The translations under genes were made by a program, and so were the position numbers. Below, piece by piece: positions 7,552 to 17,789 of a stretch of DNA of 64,000 nt. Under the pieces are notes generated by a model. The model saw only the letters and a list, made by a program, of their open reading frames with translations, was not told the DNA's origin and ran no database searches. The first letter of the stretch is position 1. The number at the start of each line of letters is the position of its first letter. The stretch covers positions 3,936,001 to 4,000,000 of the forward strand of contig JASGHG010000001.1 in NCBI GenBank assembly GCA_047602425.1, given 5' to 3'. The DNA is from Nibricoccus sp. GTDB taxonomy: Bacteria; Verrucomicrobiota; Verrucomicrobiia; Opitutales; Opitutaceae.

Positions 7552-10512
7552 CTAGCGATGTGTTTGGGTTTTGGCGGGACGAAGGGCGCGGGCGCTGAGG
7601 AGCAATGCGAGGGCGCCAAGATAAAGGGGGCTGGGGGCGCCGCCCCGGGTGGGCGGAGTGACCGGGCCGGAGGAGGAGCCACTGCTGCTGCTGCTCGACG
7701 AGGAACTGCTGCTGGAGGACGAACTGGAACTGCTCGAGGAGGAACTTGAGCTGCTGGACGACGAACTTGAAGAAGACGACGAGGAACTGGAACCGCTGCT
7801 GGAGCTCGACGACGAGGAGCTGCTGGAAGAACTGGAACTACTGCTGCTGGAGGACGACGAGGAGCTTGATGACGAGGACGAGCTACTGCTGGAGCCGCCG
7901 TAATTAGTTTTGAGCCAGTTGGACTTTTCCCATGTGACGACACCGGCGCCGGCAGCACGGGCGAGAATGCTGGGGAGTATGTCGGGATCGTCCGTCGTAT
8001 AGGTGTAGGGAATGGTTGTGAACGTATTCCAAGAGAATGGGATTATCGGGGCTTGAAAGGGCCCCATGGGGTTGCCGGTATCGGTGCTGGCGCCGCGGAC
8101 AGTGGTCGTCGTACCGTCGGCATTGTGCATGACGTAGATGGTATCGGTGGACAGGATTTTGCCGGTGTAAGTCGGATTAGTGATGTCGGTCTGGTTGTTG
8201 CGCAGCGGGGTAAGGCAGTCCTGATAGATGGATTTTTCGACGAGGATGGCACCACCTTCCGTGGAAATGGAGCCATTGAGGAACGGGTTGAAAGAATACG
8301 TGTTATTAATCGAATTCTGCGCGGAAGTCGTCATGGCGGTGACGCGAGTGTCGCGCAGGCGTTTAGCGACGAGGCTTTTGGTATCGTCGACGAAGATATT
8401 GTAGTTGTGCACTTGGCCGCCGCGAAGACGGGGCACGCAGCGATCCCAGATGTTTTCAAACCACTGATGGTGGAACGTGGCGGAAAGCAGGGCGTTTTCG
8501 GCGTCGAGTTCCGTGGCTCCGAGGAGATGGCACTTATCGTGGCCCTGAATGATCTGGACAATCTCGGCAGAGGAGAAACCGTTATTGCGAAGAAAATTGT
8601 AGAATGTGTAGGAGGCACGGTTGGCTTCGAGGGCGGCGATTTGTTGGCGGACAAAGCTGTCGGCGTTGGTGGCGCCGTCGTCGCCGAGGTAGCGACACCA
8701 CGATAGGGTGACGTACTGCGTACCTTTTTTCATGTCGACAATGCCGTCGTAGGTTTTGGTGAACGTGCAATGGTCGATCCAGATGTTAGAGACAGCGGTG
8801 CCGTTGCTAAGATCGATGAAGTCCCAATCGTTGGAATCGTAGTCCCCTTTGGACGCCTCATCCCATTCCCACATTTCGTCAAAGATCAGGTTGCGGACGA
8901 TGATGTTGGAAGTGCTTTTGATATTAAGGGTCGTGTGGCGGATCGTGGCGCCGTTGGCGGAAAAGATCGTGAGGCCGCCATTCTTGGTGGTGACATCGAT
9001 GAGGCTGACGCCGGTGGCAATGAGTCGCGGATGGAGTTTGGGCGTGGCGTGTGCGCGGAAGTTGCTGAGGGCGAGCGTGGCGGCGTCGACCTCGTTGTAA
9101 CCGAGATCGAGATCGTTCATGACTTCGATCACGCGAACGGCGCCGGCGGTTTTGTTGGAATCGTAGACGGCCTTCACGAAATCGTAAGCGGTATAACATT
9201 TCCTGTAGGTGGCATCTGTTTCGGCAATTTCGCCGCCGCCGGTGGTGCCGGTGCCCTGGGTGGCGAAGCCCTGAAGATTGAAAGCCGAATTGGGCAGAGC
9301 GGGCGCCACGGTGAGCGTGGCGTCGCTGCTGGTGGCGTTGCCGAGACTATTGGTGACAGTAACCTTGTAAGTGCCGGCATCGGCTGCAGTGACGGCTGTG
9401 ATCGTATACTTGGATGCCGTAGCGTTGGGAATAGCGGCATTGTCCTTGTACCACTGGTAGGAGAGCGATGCGTCACCACTGGCGGCGGTGGTAAATGTGG
9501 TATTGTGGCCGCTCATTGTTGTCCGGCTGAGCGGTTGTTTTACGACGAGCGGGACCGCACCGGAAGAGCTGGAGGACGAACTGGAGGATGACGAAGACGA
9601 GGAAGAGCTGGAAGACGATGAGCTTGAGCTGGAAGAGGAAGAACTCGACGAAGAAGAGCTCGAGCTGGAGGAAGAAGAGGATCCCGAGGAAGAGCTACTG
9701 GAACTGGAGGAAGATGAACTGGAGGAAGAGGAGGACGATGATGAACTGGAAGAGCCGCCGCCATTGCTGAGGACGACGGTGAAACCGGTGAGGTTGAGTG
9801 AGCTGACAGCTCCACTGCCACCATTTATGTAAATGGCGAACTCGCTGAAAGAGGTGGGTATGCCGGCGGTAGCGTCGTTGGCCGCTTGGGTGTAGTTGGA
9901 AATTGCGCCGCCGTTGAGGGTGGTAGTGCAGGTGTAGCCAGAGGCGGTGCGGGTGAGGGCGAGGGTAAGGGTGTAAGTAGTATTGGCGGCGAAGGCAGCG
10001 ATTGTGCCGCTGGAGGTGGCGGTGAGATTGGTCCAGCCTGAGGTGCTGGAGAGAAGTTGGTTGACGGTCGTGATGGCGTCGACCGCGAGAGTGCCGCTGG
10101 AGCCGTTGAAATTCAGACCGTAGACGTAACCGATGTCGTCGGTGAAGGACGCGCTGCTGTTAGAGTTTGGGCTGGTGGTGAGCAGGGTGCCGGCGTTGTC
10201 GAAGAGGCCGAAACGAAAGGAATTCGAAGCGGTATTCAGCGTGCCGCCGGTGGTGAAGGTCGCGGTGACGGTGATCGTTTGATCGATAGCGACGGGCGTG
10301 GCGGTGAAGTTGGTGACGAAGGACGAGCCACTGGTTTGGCCTTCGGTGAAGAGCACGCTATGATTGGCGGTGTCGGGCGCAATCGTGTCGGAGTTGCGTG
10401 TTTTTACCCACGTTAGAGCGGATGGATCGCTGACTATGGTTTGAGCGTGGGAAGAAAGTGCGAACGCGAGCGCGGCGGCTGCGGCGGGGAGGAAGCGAAG
10501 ACGGAGGTGCAT
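7552..10512 (-). CDS. Secreted modular pectate lyase (PL1-like) with Ig domain, poly-Ser linkers and C-terminal anchor
   Basis: Signal peptide; Ig (YQWYKD..DAGTYKVTVTN); GTTGGG, NIIVRNL, NIWIDHCTF, DGIVD, RCVPRLRGGQVHNYN; two long Ser tracts; GGAP-hydrophobic-basic tail. Confidence 0.88.
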   Translation of the reverse strand: MHLRLRFLPAAAAALAFALSSHAQTIVSDPSALTWVKTRNSDTIAPDTANHSVLFTEGQTSGSSFVTNFTATPVAIDQTITVTATFTTGGTLNTASNSFRFGLFDNAGTLLTTSPNSNSSASFTDDIGYVYGLNFNGSSGTLAVDAITTVNQLLSSTSGWTNLTATSSGTIAAFAANTTYTLTLALTRTASGYTCTTTLNGGAISNYTQAANDATAGIPTSFSEFAIYINGGSGAVSSLNLTGFTVVLSNGGGSSSSSSSSSSSSSSSSSSSSSSSGSSSSSSSSSSSSSSSSSSSSSSSSSSSSSSSSSSSSSSSSGAVPLVVKQPLSRTTMSGHNTTFTTAASGDASLSYQWYKDNAAIPNATASKYTITAVTAADAGTYKVTVTNSLGNATSSDATLTVAPALPNSAFNLQGFATQGTGTTGGGEIAETDATYRKCYTAYDFVKAVYDSNKTAGAVRVIEVMNDLDLGYNEVDAATLALSNFRAHATPKLHPRLIATGVSLIDVTTKNGGLTIFSANGATIRHTTLNIKSTSNIIVRNLIFDEMWEWDEASKGDYDSNDWDFIDLSNGTAVSNIWIDHCTFTKTYDGIVDMKKGTQYVTLSWCRYLGDDGATNADSFVRQQIAALEANRASYTFYNFLRNNGFSSAEIVQIIQGHDKCHLLGATELDAENALLSATFHHQWFENIWDRCVPRLRGGQVHNYNIFVDDTKSLVAKRLRDTRVTAMTTSAQNSINNTYSFNPFLNGSISTEGGAILVEKSIYQDCLTPLRNNQTDITNPTYTGKILSTDTIYVMHNADGTTTTVRGASTDTGNPMGPFQAPIIPFSWNTFTTIPYTYTTDDPDILPSILARAAGAGVVTWEKSNWLKTNYGGSSSSSSSSSSSSSSSSSSSSSSSSSSSSSSSSSGSSSSSSSSSSSSSSSSSSSSSSSSSSSSSSSSSSSSSGSSSGPVTPPTRGGAPSPLYLGALALLLSARALRPAKTQTHR

Positions 10513-10711
10513 GTGGGTGGGCAGAAATGAAGGCTCTGCAAAACCTGGTGTTTTCCGGATGCGCTGCCTTTAAGTGATGCGGCAGAACAACGGGAAGCTG
10601 GGGTGGGAGGGTGGGGTGGCGTTGGCAGTGCCTCAGGAAAGAATGCACCTGTCAAGACGCGGTTCGGCGTCGTGTCCGAAAATGCCGTTTTAAGCCCGGG
10701 CGCGGCGGAAG

Positions 10712-13700
10712 TTACCAGTCGGAAAGAAAACGATATTGGCCCGAGGCAACGGTGAAGAAGCATTCGTTGCCGGTGCGGGAGATTTCCTGAACCCAAGGAG
10801 ATTTAGTGGAGGCACCTGTAGGGTCGACCAGCTGGGCATTGCGACCGGGCACGCGGATAGTCGCGGTGGCATTGGGCGGAATCTCGACGTGAAGTTCGAA
10901 GCGGCCATCGGCGATCTTCCATTGAACCGTTGCCGAACCATAGGGCGTCTGGTGGCGGGCATTGGCCCAAGTGAGGTCTCCGGTGGGACGCGGTTGGATG
11001 AGGATGTTTTTAAAACCGGGCGCGGCGGGATCGGGAGCGAGTCCGGCGACGTCGGCGTAGAACCACTCGATGATGTGACCGAGCATGAAATGGTTTTGCG
11101 AGGCGTGGCGCTCGGCGTTCCAAGCTTCAGCCAGGCTGGTGCAGCCATGTTCAAGCTGGTAGCCATAGCCGGGTTTTTCCTTCTGGCTATTGATTCGGAA
11201 GATCACATCGGAGCGTCCGGCGTCGGCGAGCGCGCGCAGGAGGTAACGATAACCGATGTCGCCCGCGGTGACGGCGTAGTCACGGGATTCGATGTCGCGG
11301 AGCAAGACGGCTACGACGGCAGGACGTTTTGCCGGTGGCACGAGGTTCAAGACGAGCGGAAGGGATTGGGCGGTTTGCGAGCCGGTGGCATAGGTGGCAG
11401 TGGCGAGATTGAAAAAGGCGCGGTTGAAATCGTCGGCGATCTTCGCGGCCTTTTGCTCGTACGCGGCGGCTTCGTCGGCTTGGCCGAGTTGTTGTGCGAT
11501 CTTTGCGAGCGTTTCAGTGGTATGATAATAAAACGCCGTCGCTGGCAGCGCGATAGGAGTGAGCTGCGGCAAGCCGGGACGATTCGGGCCTTGATCATAC
11601 CAATCACCAAGACCGTGGTTGAGCAGGCCGTTGGGTTGAACCTTGGTGTCAAGATAGGCGAGGTACCGAACCATTGCAGGGTAACAATGACGGAGCACGG
11701 TGTCGTCACCGGTCCATTGGAAATGTTGCCAGGCGGCGAGGACGAGAGCGCTACCCCATTCGGGCGAATCGCGGAAACCGCCATCGAAGATCACAAATTC
11801 CGGCACGATGCTCGGAATCAGCCCGACGGGAGTCTGGGCTTCGAGCATGTCGTCGAAGTTTTTTGAATACAAACGGTCGAGCTCGAATTCGTAACGGAGC
11901 GAAGGGCCGTTGAGGTGATATTGTTCGAGCCAGCCGAGGCGCTCGCGGTGTGGGCAATCGGTGAGGACGTGCGCAAAGTTACTGCGTTGCGCCCAACGGA
12001 CGAGCTCGCGAATGCGGTTGAAAAGCTCGTTCGAACACGAGAACTCGCCGGCGGGTAAAGCATCCGAATGTGCGACGCGGGCAGAGATGGCTTCGATCAC
12101 CGGCAGGGCTTCGGGCGAACTCAGGGGTGCAACGCAACGCACCTCCAGATAGCGGGCCCCATGATAGAAGAAACGCGGATGCCATTCTTCACCATCGGCT
12201 TTGCCGGCGAGCGTGTAGTTCCACGACGCGTCGCCACCACCGGACGAGCCGCGCTCAACCGAACCATCGGCTTTCAGTAATTCAGCGGGCAGAATCTTGA
12301 CGCTCGCGCCGGCCGGGCCACGGACCTTGAGGTCGAGCATGAGCGAGGCATTTTGTCCCAGGTCGTAAACGGTTACGCCGGGCTTGAGCTCTTTTGTCGA
12401 AATGGGATTGAGGGTTTCGAAAAGCTTGAAGGGTGGAGAAGCATGGGAGAAACCGCGAAGCGCACCGGCGGGAGCGTGTGGATTGACGACGGCGGAGCTC
12501 CATTTTCCGTCGTCGAAACCCGGTTGATTCCAGCCATCGATCGCGCGGCGTGCATCGAAATCCTCGCCGCTGTACATGGAGGCGAGGACGGTGGGGCCGG
12601 GGGCAAGACGCCAGGTATTGTCGGTGGGGATAGTTTCGACAAAGCCACCGTCGTATTCGAGGCGAACGAGTCCTTTGGCGGTGAGGGCGTGAAAGCTGGT
12701 GGCAAATTTGTTGTAGCGTTTTGGTGCCACCTGCACGTTGTACATTCCGCCAGCGAGGCTTAGGCCGATGGTATTGCGTTTGGTCGGTTGGAGGAGGTTG
12801 GTGATATCGTAGGTTTCGTAAAGGCAGGTTTTTTCGGTGTCGGTCCAGCCTGGCGTGAGCAAGCCTTCGGTGACTGGCCGGCCGTTAACCGTAACCTGAC
12901 AACTGCCTTGTCCGCTCACATGAACGATGGCGCGGCGCAGACGCGGACGGACGAGGAAATCGCGACGCAGGAGTAAGGTATCGGAAGAGCGCGGATTGAC
13001 GCCGGGGAGGCCGAGCCCATCGGTCACAGCGGCGGCAGCAAAAGGCGGTTTTTCAATGCTATCGCTGGCGGTGACCTTGGCCCCGGCGGCAATATTGCGA
13101 TCACCGGAATAAACGACGATCTGGCTGAGCCCGAGGCAATGGACGCCGCCGATGTCGCGCAGTTTGGTGGCGGTCAGGCGTAGGTAGCGCGCGGATACAT
13201 TTTTGACCGGAAAATCGAGCCGGCGAAACCAGATGTTAGGCGGTGTGACCGTGTGATCGGCGAGGGTGACGGCGCCAGCCATGTCGGCGGAAGAGGACGC
13301 CTCGATTTTAAAATAGTAGGGGAAGCCGAGGCGTTCGCTGACGCCCTGTTCGAGGGCGAGAAGGTGCACGGAGTCGATGGACTGGTCGGCGCCGAGATCG
13401 ATTTGGATCCATTTGGTGGTTTCGGCGCGGGGGGCTTCCTCGGAACGATAGCCGATGGCCGGCCGGACCCATTTGAGCAAATCGGGATCGGTGATCCATT
13501 GGGCTCCGCACCAATCTTTTTCGGTGAGAAGACCCATCGTGAACGTCGCGGTTTTGCTCCAAGCAGTTGGTTTTCCTTTGCGATCCCAAAGCTGGACCTT
13601 CCAAAAAATCTGCTGGCTGGAGGCGAGGAGCTTTCCTTTCCAGGAAAGATTAATGCAATCGGCCGAGTTGATTTTGCCGGTATCCCAGAGGTCGCCGCGG

Positions 13701-13933
13701 TCTTGTTCTAGCATCCCGGCGGAACTGGAGGCTATGATACGGTAAGCAGTTTGAAGCTGGCCGGGCTCGTCGGATTGCATCTGCCAGCTCAAGTGCGGGG
13801 AAGGGGAATCGACCCCCAAGGGGTCGGTGCCGGAATCGCAACGAAGCACAACAGGCAGAACGGCCGCGCCGGCGTTGAGGTGGAGAGTGAAACAAGCCAG
13901 AATGAAGAAGAGCTTCGAGGCGCGCATTTTCAT
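10712..13933 (-). CDS. Alpha-L-rhamnosidase (GH78) with F5/8-like insert
   Basis: Signal peptide MKMRASKLFFILACF; YDLGQN, TDCPHRERLGWL, GLGDW, SQNHFMLG; start corrected from 14620. Confidence 0.9.
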   Translation of the reverse strand: MKMRASKLFFILACFTLHLNAGAAVLPVVLRCDSGTDPLGVDSPSPHLSWQMQSDEPGQLQTAYRIIASSSAGMLEQDRGDLWDTGKINSADCINLSWKGKLLASSQQIFWKVQLWDRKGKPTAWSKTATFTMGLLTEKDWCGAQWITDPDLLKWVRPAIGYRSEEAPRAETTKWIQIDLGADQSIDSVHLLALEQGVSERLGFPYYFKIEASSSADMAGAVTLADHTVTPPNIWFRRLDFPVKNVSARYLRLTATKLRDIGGVHCLGLSQIVVYSGDRNIAAGAKVTASDSIEKPPFAAAAVTDGLGLPGVNPRSSDTLLLRRDFLVRPRLRRAIVHVSGQGSCQVTVNGRPVTEGLLTPGWTDTEKTCLYETYDITNLLQPTKRNTIGLSLAGGMYNVQVAPKRYNKFATSFHALTAKGLVRLEYDGGFVETIPTDNTWRLAPGPTVLASMYSGEDFDARRAIDGWNQPGFDDGKWSSAVVNPHAPAGALRGFSHASPPFKLFETLNPISTKELKPGVTVYDLGQNASLMLDLKVRGPAGASVKILPAELLKADGSVERGSSGGGDASWNYTLAGKADGEEWHPRFFYHGARYLEVRCVAPLSSPEALPVIEAISARVAHSDALPAGEFSCSNELFNRIRELVRWAQRSNFAHVLTDCPHRERLGWLEQYHLNGPSLRYEFELDRLYSKNFDDMLEAQTPVGLIPSIVPEFVIFDGGFRDSPEWGSALVLAAWQHFQWTGDDTVLRHCYPAMVRYLAYLDTKVQPNGLLNHGLGDWYDQGPNRPGLPQLTPIALPATAFYYHTTETLAKIAQQLGQADEAAAYEQKAAKIADDFNRAFFNLATATYATGSQTAQSLPLVLNLVPPAKRPAVVAVLLRDIESRDYAVTAGDIGYRYLLRALADAGRSDVIFRINSQKEKPGYGYQLEHGCTSLAEAWNAERHASQNHFMLGHIIEWFYADVAGLAPDPAAPGFKNILIQPRPTGDLTWANARHQTPYGSATVQWKIADGRFELHVEIPPNATATIRVPGRNAQLVDPTGASTKSPWVQEISRTGNECFFTVASGQYRFLSDW

Positions 13934-14110
13934 AAAAGGGCTAGACTGGAGGTCCCAGGGACGGTTCCGCAAAGCCAAACTCCCGTGACAGTTCGAGGCG
14001 GTTTTGTTTCCGGGGAAGCGGTTCCCCTGGCTGGAGGCAAGCGCGGAAAACGGAGGGGCAGGCGATTTCGTGATTCCCGCCAGCACCGCGGGGCGTATAG
14101 TGGCGGGCTG

Positions 14111-14713
14111 ATGTTTACCGGAATCATCGAAGAAACAGGTCGTGTAGAGAGTTTCGTGCAAGGCGCGAACTCGTGGCGTCTGCGCATCGCGGCGAAAGCT
14201 GTGCTGCAAAATCTGGCGCTCGGCGACAGCATCGCGGTCAATGGCTGCTGTCTCACCGCGACGAAATTCGACGCGGGCATACTTGAATTCGATGTATTGG
14301 AAGAATCGCGACGGCTGACGAATTTCTCCACGATCGGTGCCGGTGCGGCGGTGAATTTGGAGCGTAGTCTGCGGTTCGACGGCAAGGTCGGCGGGCACTT
14401 TGTGACCGGTCATGTCGATGGATTGGGAAAAATCGAGATCTTTGAACAGCGCGGCAAAGACCATTTTCTCAAGATCCGTGGACCGCTCGGTTGCGGACGT
14501 TATCTGGTGCACAAGGGCAGTATCGCGATCGACGGCATCTCGCTCACGGTCGCGGAGACAGAGGGTGACACGCTTGCGGTATGGCTGATCCCCCATACAA
14601 TCGCCGTGACAAACCTTCATACAAAATGCGCGGGCGGCCTGGTAAATTTGGAGTTCGACTTGTTAGGCAAGTATGCGGAAAAGCTGCTTGCCCCCCGCAT
14701 TCCCGTTGCTTGA
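14111..14713 (+). CDS. ribE: Riboflavin synthase (alpha chain)
   Basis: MFTGIIEE, GDSIAVNGCCLT, VNLERSL, GGHFVTGHVD, KGSIAIDGISLTV. Confidence 0.96.
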   Translation: MFTGIIEETGRVESFVQGANSWRLRIAAKAVLQNLALGDSIAVNGCCLTATKFDAGILEFDVLEESRRLTNFSTIGAGAAVNLERSLRFDGKVGGHFVTGHVDGLGKIEIFEQRGKDHFLKIRGPLGCGRYLVHKGSIAIDGISLTVAETEGDTLAVWLIPHTIAVTNLHTKCAGGLVNLEFDLLGKYAEKLLAPRIPVA

Positions 14714-14716
14714 ACC

Positions 14717-15679
14717 ATGCGCGCTTCGCTCAACGCTCTTACCGACGAACTCAAGCGTCTGAAAGCCTCGGGCGTGAAATCGGTCGTCGTATCGGACGAG
14801 AGCTTGGCGCGTTTGAAAAAGATTGTTCAAGCCCGGGGGAAATCCGCGGCTTCCGCGCCTGCACGCGAACCGGTTGCACCCGGTCCGATTTCGACGATGG
14901 AGACGACTACGGCTCCGACGAAACCACAACCTCAGCCTATCGCCAGTTTCGAGCCGGTGGCAAAGGCCTTTGTCGTTAAACCATTGCCTTCTTCGACCGA
15001 AACCTTTCCTCCGGCGCCAAAAGTGGTGCTGCCGGCCGGCGACAAGAAAAAGCGCTGGAATGCGCTGCTGCAGATGGTGCTCAACGACCCGGTTTGCAAG
15101 TCTCACGTTCGCCCTGGCAAAAAAGTCGTGCTTGGCGTGGGCGATCTTGATGCGCGGATCTTTTTCTGCGGCGAAGCGCCCGGAGCGGAGGAGGAAGAGC
15201 AAGGCGAGCCGTTTGTTGGACCTGCCGGACAGTTGTTGACCAAGATGATTCAGGGCATGGGCCTGAAACGCAGCGACGTTTATATTGGCAACATCATGAA
15301 CTGGCGGCCGCAATTGCCTCTGTCTGGCGGTGGCGCGCAGATCGGTAACCGCCCACCCACACCCGATGAGATGGCTTATTGCCTGCCTTACCTGAAGGCA
15401 CAGCTCGAAGTGGTGAAGCCGGAGATTATCGTGGCGCTCGGCGCGACCGCCGCGACCGGGCTGTTTGGTGCGGGGTCATTTAAAACTTTGGGAGAAATTC
15501 GGTCCAAATGGAAACTGTTTGACGAAATACCGGTCATGGTGACGTACCATCCGTCTTACATTTTACGCAACCCGACCAACCGCTCCAAACGGGCGATTTG
15601 GGAAGATTTGCTAAAAGTTATGGAACGTGCCTCACTGCCCATCTCGGAAAAACAACGGAATTTCTTCTTGGAAAAATGA
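14717..15679 (+). CDS. Uracil-DNA glycosylase, family 4
   Basis: GEAPGAEE, GEPFVGPAGQLL, NRPP, TYHPSYILR; Pro-rich N-terminal extension. Confidence 0.92.
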   Translation: MRASLNALTDELKRLKASGVKSVVVSDESLARLKKIVQARGKSAASAPAREPVAPGPISTMETTTAPTKPQPQPIASFEPVAKAFVVKPLPSSTETFPPAPKVVLPAGDKKKRWNALLQMVLNDPVCKSHVRPGKKVVLGVGDLDARIFFCGEAPGAEEEEQGEPFVGPAGQLLTKMIQGMGLKRSDVYIGNIMNWRPQLPLSGGGAQIGNRPPTPDEMAYCLPYLKAQLEVVKPEIIVALGATAATGLFGAGSFKTLGEIRSKWKLFDEIPVMVTYHPSYILRNPTNRSKRAIWEDLLKVMERASLPISEKQRNFFLEK

Positions 15680-17208
15680 AACGCCTGACGCTCGCCGTCC
15701 TTCTCTGCCTGAGCCCCTTCAAAAGCGCCATTGCCGCGGTGCCGTTCGATTTTGAAGTGCTGCAATTTCGCGCCAAGACGCTTGCGGCCAGCCCCTATGT
15801 GCCCCGCGCCTCGCGCGTGCCGAAGGAACTTCAGGATCTTTCCTACGACGACTACCGTATGATTCGTTTCGATACGAATCGTGCCTGGTGGAAACGCGAG
15901 CAGCTGCCCTTCCAACTTCAGTTTTTCCATCCAGGCTTTATCTACAACAAGACTGTTCAGGTTTCCGAAATTCAGAATGGCGAAGCGGACCTGATCGATT
16001 TCAGCGCGAAATTTTTCGAATACAACATGAAGGCCCGCTCGATCGGGCGCATCCCGTCCGACATGGGCTTTACGGGCTTTCGCGTGCACTATGCGCTGAA
16101 CAACCCGAACTACCTCGATGAACTAGCCGTGTTTCAGGGTGCGAGTTATTTCCGGGCTTTGGGTCAGGCGATGCGTTATGGCATGTCGGCACGCGGTCTG
16201 GCGCTCAATACGGCTGAGGCGCCGGCCGAGGAATTCCCCATTTTTGAGGAATTCTGGGTTGTAAGACCGCAGACCGACTCGAAGGAACTGACCGTTTACG
16301 CGCTACTGGACAGCCCGAGTGTGGCTGGCGCTTATCGTTTCATTATAAAGCCCGGTCAGGCGACGGTGATGCAGGTGCGTTGCGCAATATACCAGCGCGC
16401 TGGTTCGGCTATCAAAGCCTTCGGCGTGGCCCCGCTCACAAGCATGTTCTGGCACGGCGAGAATTCTGCGAGCAAGGAAGGCGATTTGCGTCCTGAGGTG
16501 CATGATTCGGACGGCCTAATGCTCGAACGTGGTAGTGGCGAATGGTTGTGGCGTCCGCTGGTCAACCCGACCGGAGTCCGTGTGACCTCTTTCAACGACG
16601 AAAACCCCAAAGGCTTTGGCCTTGTGCAGCGCGACCGGAATTTCTCCAGTTACGAAGACATGGAAGCCGCTTACCACCTGCGGCCCAGCGTGTGGGTCGA
16701 ACCGACCGGCGCTTGGGGACGTGGTGCGGTACGGTTGGTTGAGCTTCCGACTCCGGATGAAACAAATGATAACATTGTGGCCTTCTGGGTGCCGGAAAAA
16801 CTTCCGGCGGTGGGCGAACCGATCGAATTTGAATACAAACTTCACTGGTTCATCGAAGGTTCGGGCGGCAAAAAACCGCCGGCAGGCTACGCTGTAGCCA
16901 CGCGAATTGGTCATTCCAAGACGCATGAACGCGATCTGGAACGGTTCTGGGTGGATTTCGATAGCCCGGTTTTGCGCAACCGTTCGGCGGACTCAGGCAT
17001 TCAAGCCATTGTCTCGGTCGGCGAAGGTGCAACCCTGGTTCACCAGAGTCTGCAAAAGAATAATTTTAACGGCACCTGGCGCGTCGCTTTTTCCATCAAA
17101 CCTGATGGCAGCGGAAAGCCGGTGGAACTCCGTTGCTTCTTGAAACGCGAGCCCCATATCCTAACCGAGACATGGAGCTACCTTTGGAACCAGTCGACGC
17201 CCCGCTAA
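15676..17208 (+). CDS. opgG: Periplasmic glucan biosynthesis protein G/D
   Basis: Signal peptide; FQGASYFRA, YGMSARGLA, EEFP, RPEVHDSDGL, ETNDNIVAFW, TETWSY. Confidence 0.92.
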   Translation: MKRLTLAVLLCLSPFKSAIAAVPFDFEVLQFRAKTLAASPYVPRASRVPKELQDLSYDDYRMIRFDTNRAWWKREQLPFQLQFFHPGFIYNKTVQVSEIQNGEADLIDFSAKFFEYNMKARSIGRIPSDMGFTGFRVHYALNNPNYLDELAVFQGASYFRALGQAMRYGMSARGLALNTAEAPAEEFPIFEEFWVVRPQTDSKELTVYALLDSPSVAGAYRFIIKPGQATVMQVRCAIYQRAGSAIKAFGVAPLTSMFWHGENSASKEGDLRPEVHDSDGLMLERGSGEWLWRPLVNPTGVRVTSFNDENPKGFGLVQRDRNFSSYEDMEAAYHLRPSVWVEPTGAWGRGAVRLVELPTPDETNDNIVAFWVPEKLPAVGEPIEFEYKLHWFIEGSGGKKPPAGYAVATRIGHSKTHERDLERFWVDFDSPVLRNRSADSGIQAIVSVGEGATLVHQSLQKNNFNGTWRVAFSIKPDGSGKPVELRCFLKREPHILTETWSYLWNQSTPR

Positions 17209-17771
17209 GCAGTTTTCGTCCCCGCACCGGGACGATGGAGGCGTGGAACGCGGCCTATGTGCGCGTTGAGGATTACCTGCGTGCGCATCGGACACATAAT
17301 CGTCTGCACCAAAGCCGGCTCATTCAAGCCGTGCTCGAGCGTGCCGCGCGGCGCCACGCGCAAAATCCCGCGATCGAGCCCACGACGCTCGCCGCCGAGG
17401 AATGTGAGGCGATGATGGCGGCGTGGTTCAGGGAAATTCTTGCAGACAAAGATCTGCCTGACGACCGCGTGCCGGCTGCGGGCCGCGTGGCTCTGCTGCT
17501 TTCCGACGGCCCCGAAAAATGGCCCTACGCGTTTCTGCAACGCGAAACCATTCCCGAAGAATTCAGAAAGGCGATGCGGGCAAGTTCGATGGAGGCCGGG
17601 CCGGATATGTCCGTCTCCAACATGGTTCCGCGTCAGATCGATCTTGGTGCGATCAGTGAGGCGGCGGGTGAAACCCTCGAGCAGATCGAGAGAATTCCCA
17701 TCCTGAGCACGCTCTTGCTTTGGGCTCTCTTTGTAGCCGCTCTCGCCAGTATTTTCTACCTAACGCGCTGA
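17172..17771 (+). CDS. Hypothetical membrane-anchored protein in the opg operon
   Basis: ORF between opgG and opgH with a C-terminal TM helix; start may be 17172 or 17235. Confidence 0.75.
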   Translation: MELPLEPVDAPLSSFRPRTGTMEAWNAAYVRVEDYLRAHRTHNRLHQSRLIQAVLERAARRHAQNPAIEPTTLAAEECEAMMAAWFREILADKDLPDDRVPAAGRVALLLSDGPEKWPYAFLQRETIPEEFRKAMRASSMEAGPDMSVSNMVPRQIDLGAISEAAGETLEQIERIPILSTLLLWALFVAALASIFYLTR

Positions 17772-17789
17772 AGACGACCACGCCGACCC

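Noticed and set aside
7680..9760. GAG/GAA/CTG-rich repetitive tracts resembling an array
   Set aside because: They encode the two poly-Ser linkers of the pectate lyase; not a CRISPR or non-coding repeat.
13934..14620. N-terminal 229 aa of the 1302-aa ORF
   Set aside because: Overlaps riboflavin synthase on the other strand; the GH78 signal peptide starts at 13933.
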